DNA of 43,445 nucleotides. Source: a virus. Its lineage: Duplodnaviria > Caudoviricetes. A model generated the notes under the pieces. The model searched no databases. It saw only the letters and a list, made by a program, of their open reading frames with translations, and was not told where the DNA came from. Below, in pieces: positions 28,775 to 36,938 of the stretch (the stretch's first letter is position 1; each line of letters opens with the position of its first letter). Where the stretch lies: positions 1 to 43,445 of IMG/VR virus record IMGVR_UViG_3300020045_000439. One strand, 5' to 3'. The position numbers and the translations under genes were made by a program.

Positions 28775-28997
28775 CTTGTTTGTATTCCTTTATATTAATA
28801 AGATCTAAAGCTACATCTTGATCTCCATACTTTCCGTCAATTCCCCAACTACAGGGATACCACACATCTTCTGAGGATTCGTAATAGGCTCCGTTGATGT
28901 ATCTTCCATCGAAAATTTCGTAGAACTTAACAATACTTCCACAGCGTGTCGTAATTGGTCGTTTAAAATCAATTGCTTTTGTGCGCGATGCGCCCAT
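28761..28997 (-). CDS. Hypothetical protein overlapping the exonuclease 3' end
   Basis: AAGGGG RBS before ATG 28997; IDFKRPITTRCG.IV...W..DG...LDLIN pattern seen in small phage proteins. Confidence 0.55.
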   Translation of the reverse strand: MGASRTKAIDFKRPITTRCGSIVKFYEIFDGRYINGAYYESSEDVWYPCSWGIDGKYGDQDVALDLINIKEYKQDEYA

Positions 28998-29689
28998 GTG
29001 ACCCCTTCTTCTTGTAATATCCAGAGACATGTTGCATTCTGGACAAACCTCTTTGCATCTTTATCGTACAGGTCATATACAACTTGTACCATATCATTCT
29101 CATCTTCTAGATGATCAATAAGTTTAGCTGACTTTACAGGGCCAAGGCCAATAACACCAAAAATGTTATCTGACTTATCTCCAATGAGCATCTGCTTATA
29201 CATAAACCGGATTCCATCTAAGGGGGTTGTATAAGTGCGTTCATCTTTAACCCAGTTGTAATGCCAACCCGGAATCATTAGAAGGTCTTTATCTATACTA
29301 GCACATACAGAGTCGGCTGTTTGATTCATCCCTAGCCTATCATCTGCCTCACAGCCATGTGATGCAATAGCATTCCACTCTTGTATCAGGAAGTGCTTGC
29401 AATCAGCACGAAATCTTGGGTCAATTGTCTCAGTACGATTTCCTTTATACTCAGGATATACGCGATAACGAAAGTTGCTATGTCCAGATACAAAGCACTG
29501 ATAGGTGTCTGCCTGTGTAGTATGTAAGATTTCACGCATCAATGTATCAACACGTGCAATGGCTATTTCACGATCTCTGGTATTATCTTCCTCTGTGAAT
29601 ACTACTGGCCCTAACTTCTTAGAGGGCTCCACAGAGGCCGCACAACGATAAGCTACGATATCACCATCAATATTAGTTTGCATTAGCAT
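28811..29689 (-). CDS. 5'-3' exonuclease / flap endonuclease (T7 gp6-like)
   Basis: IDGDIVAY, NFRY...YKGNR, EADD, DKDL, GDKSDNI.GV.GLG. Confidence 0.92.
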   Translation of the reverse strand: MLMQTNIDGDIVAYRCAASVEPSKKLGPVVFTEEDNTRDREIAIARVDTLMREILHTTQADTYQCFVSGHSNFRYRVYPEYKGNRTETIDPRFRADCKHFLIQEWNAIASHGCEADDRLGMNQTADSVCASIDKDLLMIPGWHYNWVKDERTYTTPLDGIRFMYKQMLIGDKSDNIFGVIGLGPVKSAKLIDHLEDENDMVQVVYDLYDKDAKRFVQNATCLWILQEEGVTWAHRAQKQLILNDQLRHAVEVLLSSTKFSMEDTSTEPITNPQKMCGIPVVGELTESMEIKM

Positions 29690-30086
29690 TTATCCGTGCG
29701 AAATCTTCTATCATTTGAATCATCTCAGGAGTTTCACGGGATTGTGATTTAATACCTGTATATTTATTGAACAATGCTATACGATCCTTTTTATCTAATA
29801 GATTTAATCTCTTAGCCTCTTCTGTTGCTTTGAGGAAGGCATTGAAATGATTAATATCATATGTGATGAGGGCATTGTATGGCCCTTTACGGAAGGAGGC
29901 CCAGAGATCTGGTGGGTATGTATCATTACTACCATACTTCCAACCCTGTGCTACTAACTCCGTGTATGTCTTCTCCATATCAGATACTAAATACATTGTA
30001 TCTATATCTGTATTAGTTACAGGGGGATTACAGATGTAGTTACTACCAGTAGGAAATGATGTGATGTACAGGTGCGATGGAATCAT
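29673..30086 (-). CDS. Minimal pol-beta-superfamily nucleotidyltransferase
   Basis: TGS...TDID signature (hG[GS]x9-13DhD). Confidence 0.7.
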   Translation of the reverse strand: MIPSHLYITSFPTGSNYICNPPVTNTDIDTMYLVSDMEKTYTELVAQGWKYGSNDTYPPDLWASFRKGPYNALITYDINHFNAFLKATEEAKRLNLLDKKDRIALFNKYTGIKSQSRETPEMIQMIEDFARINANAN

Positions 30087-30237
30087 GATACAATCTTTCT
30101 ATCTCATTAGCTGCCTCATCAAGAAGGTCTGCCAATCTATCTGGCTTTCCCTCTTGAACGCTACGTCTAGTAGCGATTTGTCTTCGTATAGATGCCCTAG
30201 TTCTAAGACGATCTATTAACTCACATGGGGACGTCAT
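30043..30237 (-). CDS. Conserved small phage protein
   Basis: RLRTRASIRRQI.TRRSVQEGKPDRLADLLDEAANEI. Confidence 0.7.
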   Translation of the reverse strand: MTSPCELIDRLRTRASIRRQIATRRSVQEGKPDRLADLLDEAANEIERLYHDSIAPVHHIISYW

Positions 30238-30742
30238 CTTGCATGTCAGCGAAGTTCATGTCAGGGAGTTCCTCTTGGAAGACCCAAGCATTGTAACGTC
30301 CTGCCAACTCCATAACAGCTTGTGGATCAAGTTCTTTCTTATCCGTCTTCAAGGTGCCTACAGCGGCGCTTAATGAACTCTGACGGACAATGAGTACCTG
30401 ACGCTTAGCACGCTCCTCTGGAGTCTCATAAGTGCTCTTGGGTGATACAAAGCCCTTAGATGGTGCGGAGGATTCTGTAGTATTGGATGCTCCTGACAAT
30501 GCCTCTACTTTAACCCATTGCCAGAACTCACCTTCCTTCTCAGATGTAATGGTGAATTGATTGCCGTTAGTTGCTTTAGACAAGACTGCATAAGCATCCT
30601 TGTTAGCGAAGGACATAATCTTTTTACCTTCAATCTTACCATCAGCAAGTTTCTTATATGCAACATCTAGTTGTACATAAGATCCATTCTTTGTTGGTTT
30701 AGTTGTTGCTTGTACATTGATAATCTCAATTTGAAATTGCAT
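30221..30742 (-). CDS. Single-stranded DNA-binding protein
   Basis: OB-like N-terminus, IVRQSSL motif, acidic tail DMQDDVPM, AAGGA RBS. Confidence 0.7.
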   Translation of the reverse strand: MQFQIEIINVQATTKPTKNGSYVQLDVAYKKLADGKIEGKKIMSFANKDAYAVLSKATNGNQFTITSEKEGEFWQWVKVEALSGASNTTESSAPSKGFVSPKSTYETPEERAKRQVLIVRQSSLSAAVGTLKTDKKELDPQAVMELAGRYNAWVFQEELPDMNFADMQDDVPM

Positions 30743-30872
30743 TTTATTCCTTATTGTTATTTACATAGCGAGTCCTTCTTAAGACTCGCCAATACTTTAT
30801 AGAAATCCCTTAAAGGATTTCTTATACATTACACATCGAAAAGTCTTCAAACTTTTCTCTGTGTATAACACT

Positions 30873-30901
30873 ATTATACAGTCTTTAATATTACTTGTCA
30901 A
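30873..30901 (-). promoter_or_regulatory. Consensus sigma70 promoter for ssb
   Basis: TTGACA-17 nt-TATAAT on the minus strand. Confidence 0.9.
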
Positions 30902-30918
30902 TAGACTGTTACAATCTG

Positions 30919-31464
30919 TTACAATATAACTTCTACTAGATCTTTTTGATTTGGTCCGGCCCCACATTCAACTAATAGGGGCAAATTGAAATCTACTTTA
31001 TATGATTTCGATATTGCTTTAGGCAGATCTCGGAACACTTGATGAAACATCTCTGTTGCTGGTCTTACACTTTTCTCAGGTAAATCTAGTGCAATGGAAT
31101 CATGCACTGTGGTGATCAGCTTACCTTCAAGCCCAGAATCCATCCACCTTCCGGCGAATAAGATACGAGCAATCACCATAATATCTGCACCACAACCTTG
31201 ATTAACATGGTTAGTAATATCAGGGATATTCCACTCAGGACCACGAGAAGTTTGTCTCTGTGTGTGCTCGTGTACCCTTCCAAACGGGCTGATAGTTTGC
31301 CCAGTAGTGGTTGCTTCTTGGATAAGTTCAATGTGCTTTTGATTAAGTCCATAATATTTTTCGAAGAAGTTATCTATAATACGTTGCCAGAACTTCTGTG
31401 ATTGACTTACTTTAGAAAAGTCAGGATCTCTTGCGTAAGCGAATGCTGGCCCACGATAAATACA
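30919..31464 (-). CDS. polA: DNA polymerase A, C-terminal subunit exon 2
   Basis: CIYRG (end of motif B), SPFGR, NHVNQGCGAD, motif C TVHDS. Confidence 0.9.
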   Translation of the reverse strand, partial: CIYRGPAFAYARDPDFSKVSQSQKFWQRIIDNFFEKYYGLNQKHIELIQEATTTGQTISPFGRVHEHTQRQTSRGPEWNIPDITNHVNQGCGADIMVIARILFAGRWMDSGLEGKLITTVHDSIALDLPEKSVRPATEMFHQVFRDLPKAISKSYKVDFNLPLLVECGAGPNQKDLVEVIL

Positions 31465-31491
31465 CATTTATACCTTATGTTTCCATAAGGA

Positions 31492-32013
31492 TTAGACTAT
31501 ATCATCATCCTTGGTTTGGATGGCAGGCGCTTCGCTATTGGTAGTAGCTACTCCCTCTCGGGATAGTCGTTGCACCTTCATAAAATTATCGTAAGAGCCA
31601 TGATTAATTTGATGACAGCGTTTGCATAGAAGCTCGAAGTTACTTAGATCATTATTAGTTCTATCCTGATCCTTATGATGGGAACACCACATTCCCCTTG
31701 AAACATCTACTAAACTCTTACCACATCTGTTACATGGTGTACCAGATTCTTTTAGTTGTCGTCCATGATTACGGAAGATACTTATACCAGTTGTATAACC
31801 AAAGTTATCTTTACCAGTCTTAGTTAATCCACCACTTCCAACACCAACTTGACAGCCATTCTTTTTATTGAATGTATTACGATACTGTCTGCTAATACCT
31901 TTGTCCTTATAATACTGGACTCTACATGGAAGAGTGCAAAAACAGCTACTACTACCATTAGGTATATAAGAATTACCACAATGTTTACAGATTTTCTCTT
32001 TAAATGTTCTCAT
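31492..32013 (-). CDS. Intron-encoded HNH homing endonuclease
   Basis: CKHC/CTLPC, CNRC, HHKDQDRTNNDLSNFELLCKRCH; AAGGAG RBS; the ORF runs through the P7-P8 core. Confidence 0.9.
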   Translation of the reverse strand: MRTFKEKICKHCGNSYIPNGSSSCFCTLPCRVQYYKDKGISRQYRNTFNKKNGCQVGVGSGGLTKTGKDNFGYTTGISIFRNHGRQLKESGTPCNRCGKSLVDVSRGMWCSHHKDQDRTNNDLSNFELLCKRCHQINHGSYDNFMKVQRLSREGVATTNSEAPAIQTKDDDIV

Positions 32014-32032
32014 TACATCTCCTTAAAAGTAT

Positions 32033-32061
32033 ATTATACCATATTAATTTATGTATGTCAA
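32033..32061 (-). promoter_or_regulatory. Consensus sigma70 promoter inside the intron
   Basis: TTGACA-17 nt-TATAAT with extended TGn, about 20 nt upstream of the HNH start. Confidence 0.88.
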
Positions 32062-32180
32062 CATCTAAATAGAAGTATTTTATGCTTGGCTCAGGATTGT
32101 CCTCGTCTTTACGTTAGGAGTTTCCCTGAGTTCACCTGCTGTTCGAGATGTATTCCTACATCAAGCCGCTGAATTATTTA

Positions 32181-32377
32181 ACGGAAGAGGAAGATCTTTG
32201 CGATGAGTCTGGAGATAAGTTTAAGATCTTTCTGATTCTTTGTATGAATGTCATTGAGTTTTGGGTTGTCAACGAAGTCCAACCATTCTTGTATTCCATT
32301 TTTATCCTGACTAATGAAGAGATAAGAGATCCAAACGGTAGCTCCAGCGACTTTACATCGGCATTTAATATAGTCAC
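32181..32377 (-). CDS. polA: DNA polymerase A, C-terminal subunit exon 1 (frameshifted by 8 extra nt at 32334-32341)
   Basis: GTG start with GAGG RBS; motif A ILNADVKSLE, then in another frame WISYLFISQD...DIH...RLIAKIFLFR. Confidence 0.85.
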
Positions 32378-32838
32378 TGGTCGCTTACCTCACTTCCGAT
32401 CTCAGGTTGATCGGGTACTTGGGGCCAAGTTAATCGAAGTTGAATTTCTGCGATAGATCTTTGGCACATTCCATATAATTTAGCATATGCACGTTGGGAC
32501 ATTTCTTTCTTTCGTATATGTCGTACTATTTCTGGAGTTGCTTTTGCATTATGATGTTCCACTCCATTACGATGTGGGCATCTACCTTTCTTATACATAT
32601 CAGTCATGTTATCTTGATGTGTCCCTAAGAATAAATGATTAGGATTTACACATGATGGGTTATCACATTTGTGGAGAACATGTAGTGCGGGATCAAATAG
32701 GCCATTATAATATTGATATGAATATCTATGAGCCATCATTTGTTTATGATAACCATATCCTTGTCTATGTTTAGGACCAACCCATTCCCAGCATTCTTCT
32801 TTAGTTACATGTTTAAAGTTGTCTTCCCATTTAATCAT
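32374..32838 (-). CDS. Free-standing HNH homing endonuclease with C-terminal HTH
   Basis: CWEW.G...GYG, AHRYSY, VLHKCDNPSCVNPNHL..GT..DN. Confidence 0.92.
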   Translation of the reverse strand: MIKWEDNFKHVTKEECWEWVGPKHRQGYGYHKQMMAHRYSYQYYNGLFDPALHVLHKCDNPSCVNPNHLFLGTHQDNMTDMYKKGRCPHRNGVEHHNAKATPEIVRHIRKKEMSQRAYAKLYGMCQRSIAEIQLRLTWPQVPDQPEIGSEVSDQ

Positions 32839-32886
32839 TAGTAGCCATTTCCATATCTAGTATCTTCAAACCACTCTTTACTTAAC

Positions 32887-34020
32887 TCAGTACCTAGAGA
32901 TACAAAATCTTTTACATCCACCGGGCATGTTTTGCTGGTTTGGCTTTGTTGCTGATAGCCTTGAAGTTGTGACAACACACTGGTTAAACTGTCCATGCAC
33001 AATTGAATCTGCCCAATTGTGTTGTCCAATGAGGTCGGGGATACCGTTGTAATATGTTCCGCGAAGTTTCTCGATTCCCCTCCGATTGAGAAGGTTCTCG
33101 ATAATCTTTCCAACCTTACCCGAGCCTTTAAGATTTCTGAGTACATCTTCCGAGGTTCCATAATACCCTTCCTTTGCTAATGCACTACCCTTTAATGGTT
33201 CAACGAGTCGTGGGAGTTGATAGACTTGATCCACCAGTTTAGTTTTGACCTGGCCTGCACGAGCGCCAGTCTTAAATGTCCCAATAGGGATAGGGACTTG
33301 GGTAACAATAGATCCACCATATAGCATACAGCTAACGTGATCAGGAGAACCAAGATTGATGGGAACATTAGGAAACTCATCAAGAATAGCCCGATCCAAT
33401 GCAGCACAGTCCGTTTCCAACCTATATGCTTCAGCTCTGGCTGCATTGCAGTCGAATAAGAATCCATTATATTCCATCTCCTCTAAAACAAGTAGATCAT
33501 AACATTGCATCCTAAAGAGTTTATACTTATCCCGATGCTCAGGTTTCTTAAACTCATACATCTGTGCCATATATAGTAAATAGGTGCAAGAAATATCTTG
33601 TTGAAGATATTCATCTAACACCTCATAAGGGATTGCATCTGTATCTATTCCCTTATCCCAGTATTCTGACTTCACTACGTCGAGCTTGCGGGGTAGCCCA
33701 CGGCGCTCACATGCCTCATCTAGGCTAGGATACTTCCACTTTTGATTGCTAAGGATGAACTCAGCTAACTGGCAATCCCATATAGGCAATCTAATACTGT
33801 AAGTACAACCGATACGCCTAAGCCAATGCAAATCAAACTTAGCGTTAAATAGGATAACCATTTGCGCTCGTGATAATTGCTGTTGAACTGCGTCTGAATC
33901 AAGAAAGCGGTTGCACTGCACATCAGTGCCCCAAGCGCCAAGTACGAAGCGGTTAGTTGTGTCAAATGGATCACCTTTGTTAGATGTGGTTGTTTCTACG
34001 TCAAGTGAGAATATCTTCAT
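32887..34020 (-). CDS. polA: DNA polymerase A, N-terminal subunit (3'-5' exonuclease and thumb)
   Basis: ExoI LDVETT, ExoII FNAKFD, ExoIII YLQQD, TSRLSATKPNQQN. Confidence 0.93.
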   Translation of the reverse strand: MKIFSLDVETTTSNKGDPFDTTNRFVLGAWGTDVQCNRFLDSDAVQQQLSRAQMVILFNAKFDLHWLRRIGCTYSIRLPIWDCQLAEFILSNQKWKYPSLDEACERRGLPRKLDVVKSEYWDKGIDTDAIPYEVLDEYLQQDISCTYLLYMAQMYEFKKPEHRDKYKLFRMQCYDLLVLEEMEYNGFLFDCNAARAEAYRLETDCAALDRAILDEFPNVPINLGSPDHVSCMLYGGSIVTQVPIPIGTFKTGARAGQVKTKLVDQVYQLPRLVEPLKGSALAKEGYYGTSEDVLRNLKGSGKVGKIIENLLNRRGIEKLRGTYYNGIPDLIGQHNWADSIVHGQFNQCVVTTSRLSATKPNQQNMPGGCKRFCISRY

Positions 34021-34225
34021 CTATTGGATAGCATACAGGAAGTTCATACACAAGGTCACGCAACTCCCATTCAAGTTGTTCCTTCACATCTTCAATAGAT
34101 TTAGCATCAATAAAGATGTCGACAGGCACACGATATCGTTTCATTGGTGGGGGTTTAGATTTATTAAAGATCTTAGTAAAGTTCTCTACATATGCTGCTG
34201 TAGCTGGCTTAGTTTTAATTTCCAT
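34001..34225 (-). CDS. Hypothetical protein
   Basis: Tightly packed ORF with coupled ends. Confidence 0.55.
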   Translation of the reverse strand: MEIKTKPATAAYVENFTKIFNKSKPPPMKRYRVPVDIFIDAKSIEDVKEQLEWELRDLVYELPVCYPIDEDILT

Positions 34226-34416
34226 TAGTCCATCCTGTTAGGCCATCCGTCTGGTAGCTTTTGAATAGCTAGATTACGGAAGCGTTTCACATAAAAGAAT
34301 TGATCTCTCTTAAGCATCTCATCACAGATCATATCTACTATATCTTTCTTATCCTCTAGCGAGCTACGACAATTCCTTATCGCCTTCGCTATTAGATCTG
34401 CTTCTATTTGTTTCAT
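34225..34416 (-). CDS. Hypothetical protein
   Basis: MKQIEADLIAKAI...; GGAG upstream; start moved to 34416. Confidence 0.5.
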   Translation of the reverse strand: MKQIEADLIAKAIRNCRSSLEDKKDIVDMICDEMLKRDQFFYVKRFRNLAIQKLPDGWPNRMD

Positions 34417-34576
34417 ACTTAGGCATTCTCCAATAATACTCACAAGGAATTGTAGGGGTATCCTCATGAAACTTACCATAGCTTTGACGCCACGGATTTT
34501 CTGTTGCATTATATCTATAACATGTGGCACGTTTCCTACATCCACTGTTAAGACACATTGATATATCAGCCATCAC
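34364..34576 (-). CDS. Small Cys-rich phage protein
   Basis: DISMC...C..RATCYRY...QSY..F...CEYYW. Confidence 0.7.
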   Translation of the reverse strand: MMADISMCLNSGCRKRATCYRYNATENPWRQSYGKFHEDTPTIPCEYYWRMPKYETNRSRSNSEGDKELS

Positions 34577-35799
34577 GTATAGTCCTCATAGCGTGCAACC
34601 TCAGGTTGTATGATCACATCAGCCTTACCATGTCGCATCTTAGGATCAGAGTCCTCATCACCGGTCAATTTATTCTTGCTTGCGTGCAAGTGTCTTATGA
34701 ATTCAAAACCGTCTTGATGGGTAGCACCGATACCTAAGATCCAATCTGCTTCAGCTTGTTTGGCTGTCTTAGCGTTAGCCACATTCTCCATTGTTAGCCA
34801 TTTCTTTCCTTCTCCTGTTCCATCCGCCTGACACACTGCCATAACAGGACAATATACTTTAGCAAGTTCTCGTGCCCATTGATATAATGTTCCAAGGCGC
34901 AAGTCCTCTCGGTCTCCAATGAATCCTTTAATCTTATCGAGCTGGTCAAAGATGATACAAGAAGGATTATATCTCTTACATATGGCTTCAACTTGCTGCT
35001 TGGATATATTAGCTGAGTCAATAACCTTAATTTTGTCTCGTGTAAGATTTCGATATAGGGTGTTTGCAGTGGCAACATCTTTGAAAAGATCCTGTAATGT
35101 GACGCCTAAAGCAGCTTGAAAAATACGGAGTTGCACTTTCTTTCCATCTTCTTCATTGTTAAACCAAATAATGGGTCCACTATCCTCTTGGAGTTGCTCT
35201 GCAAAATGTGTAACTTCTGACGCAAGAAAAGTAGTTTTTCCAGTTTCGGGCCTTGCGAAAATGAATCCGAAATCACCTTTTCGTAATGATCCAAAAATTC
35301 TGTTAAGAGTTCTAAGTCTCCATCTAAGTCCGTGTTTTTTGACTTGGTTTTCATATAACTCTATTAGATCTGTAGATACAAAGTCTTCTTCATCTGTAAT
35401 GTTAGTTGGTACAGCAGCGTCAACAAGTTTATCTGCTAAGTCCGAGAAGGGTTTCTTGCCCTCTGTTACCTCGATAGCTGTAAGAGCAATAGCATGTGCT
35501 AGGGAACGTTCTTTGTATTGAACCAAGAGCGATTCTGCAAGATCTGGCTGTATGTTAGTCTTTTGGATGATACCAAGAAGTGCCTCAATAACATCCTTAT
35601 CATAGGTAATATTACTTAGAACATAATATGTAAATTCCTCATAAGATAAATCTCGTTGATAAGTTTCCATTGCTTTATCAAGAAGGGAGTAAAGAGTTTG
35701 GAGTTCTTTGTCTTCCTTCACCATAATAAAGTTTCTATATTTATTGTAATACTCTTGCAGTATTAGGATGTTAAGGAGGGCTGCTTCTGGTTTAATCAT
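34573..35799 (-). CDS. DnaB-like (SF4) replicative helicase
   Basis: Walker A ARPETGKT, NNEE, IIFDQLDK, CQA, EADWILG, SKNK. Confidence 0.93.
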   Translation of the reverse strand: MIKPEAALLNILILQEYYNKYRNFIMVKEDKELQTLYSLLDKAMETYQRDLSYEEFTYYVLSNITYDKDVIEALLGIIQKTNIQPDLAESLLVQYKERSLAHAIALTAIEVTEGKKPFSDLADKLVDAAVPTNITDEEDFVSTDLIELYENQVKKHGLRWRLRTLNRIFGSLRKGDFGFIFARPETGKTTFLASEVTHFAEQLQEDSGPIIWFNNEEDGKKVQLRIFQAALGVTLQDLFKDVATANTLYRNLTRDKIKVIDSANISKQQVEAICKRYNPSCIIFDQLDKIKGFIGDREDLRLGTLYQWARELAKVYCPVMAVCQADGTGEGKKWLTMENVANAKTAKQAEADWILGIGATHQDGFEFIRHLHASKNKLTGDEDSDPKMRHGKADVIIQPEVARYEDYT

Positions 35800-36027
35800 T
35801 TATTCTTTTTTAACTACCTTGAGTTGTTGTGTATCTCTTGCAAAGATCCTTGCTGCACGAGATGCATGCTCTTCACTTGGATAATCCATCCAGTGTTCCC
35901 AAGGACACCATTCGATATGACTTTTTGCATAACAACTATTATAACAACGTCGTTGTGGATCATCATTAATTAAAACTCCACGACGGATATGAACTTCATG
36001 TGTTGAGGATGGTTCTAAGTTCTGCAT
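35800..36027 (-). CDS. Hypothetical protein
   Basis: INDDPQRRCYNSC motif; fills the gap between primase and helicase. Confidence 0.55.
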   Translation of the reverse strand: MQNLEPSSTHEVHIRRGVLINDDPQRRCYNSCYAKSHIEWCPWEHWMDYPSEEHASRAARIFARDTQQLKVVKKE

Positions 36028-36748
36028 ATGTATGATCCTTTGGTTTCTTATCTGATAGGATAACAGATACGTTGGGTATGACCGACCTTGCTTTTTCCGC
36101 TTGTTGTAATGCTTCTTTTCTTTTATCTGGATCTAGCCATATTGTTATATGATCCCAGAAGTGGGACATGCCGATGAATCTTTGCATTGAGATAACTGAT
36201 CCGAAGATAGGGGAGCATTCAGTATATTTACTTACTTTGATTGCGCTAACAATCGACTCAACAAGGACCAAAAGTTTGGATGAAGTCCCTCTGGTGTAAA
36301 TAAATGAGTCAAGCTTACCTTGGGAGAACCACTTCCGTTTCTTTTTCTCATCTGCATTAAAACATCTTGCTTGGTATCCAACAAGTTCTCCTTTAATAAA
36401 GTATGGAAAGATCAGGCGTTCTTTACTAGGACTCCATAGGATTAGGTTGGAGGTGATTGTTGCTTGGTCGAACTCATATCCTTGTATCCATTCTCTAGCA
36501 AAATCTGGGAGGCTTGTGTCTGCATCATACGGGAGATATAACGATGGTAATCCCTCCGAATTTTCCATCGTCGTAGTGGATTTATGCTGAAAAGAAACAA
36601 TTTTATTTGTACTAAGATGGTAACCACAACTGAAACAAAAGCTATGCCCATCAGAATATACGCCAAGATTGTCCCGTCTATTATCTCTCCCTTGTTTAAC
36701 ACATTGTGGGCAAGCCTTGTGTTCTATTAAATATGAATTGTTTTGCAC
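35996..36748 (-). CDS. DNA primase (Zn finger + TOPRIM)
   Basis: CPQC...YSDGHSFCFSCG, YQAR, LVES..SAIK, IWLDPD. Confidence 0.9.
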   Translation of the reverse strand: MQNNSYLIEHKACPQCVKQGRDNRRDNLGVYSDGHSFCFSCGYHLSTNKIVSFQHKSTTTMENSEGLPSLYLPYDADTSLPDFAREWIQGYEFDQATITSNLILWSPSKERLIFPYFIKGELVGYQARCFNADEKKKRKWFSQGKLDSFIYTRGTSSKLLVLVESIVSAIKVSKYTECSPIFGSVISMQRFIGMSHFWDHITIWLDPDKRKEALQQAEKARSVIPNVSVILSDKKPKDHTYAELRTILNT

Positions 36749-36752
36749 ATAT

Positions 36753-36938
36753 CTACTCTTCTATTTCTTCATCTGGAACAATACTTTCCTTGAATTTAAA
36801 TAAGGTATAATCTCCAGCGTTTAAACATTGGGTACACAATTCAGCGTACTCCACCCTTTTATTATCGAGGGAGAGGATACGCTTAGTCAATTCACGATCA
36901 GTTAATTTATTATTACAAGCCTTGCATCTACTAGACAT
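36753..36938 (-). CDS. Small Zn-finger protein
   Basis: RCKACN..L...E...LCTQC. Confidence 0.7.
   Translation of the reverse strand: MSSRCKACNNKLTDRELTKRILSLDNKRVEYAELCTQCLNAGDYTLFKFKESIVPDEEIEE

Larger units (their letters stand above)
31465..32180 (-). ncRNA. Group I intron (IA-like) in polA motif B
   Basis: P1 ccgU/Gcgg wobble, P2 gatgta-GGAA-tacatc, P4 ctcaggg/cctgag, P3 gcagg/cctgc, P7 GACTA/TAGTC, P7.1 tccc-GAGA-ggga, P8, P9 ccttatg-GAAA-cataagg, terminal G; splicing restores AKIFLFR|CIYRG. Confidence 0.93.

Noticed and set aside
32378-32886. A second group I intron around the free-standing HNH
   Set aside because: No P4 or P7 core elements, and almost no non-coding space; the downstream polymerase part has its own RBS and start.
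32838-33161. 107-aa ORF overlapping polA-N, whose end (KEWFEDTRY) faintly echoes the polymerase C-terminus
   Set aside because: Mostly an alternative frame of the polymerase; the resemblance is too short to support a duplicated end or a frameshift.
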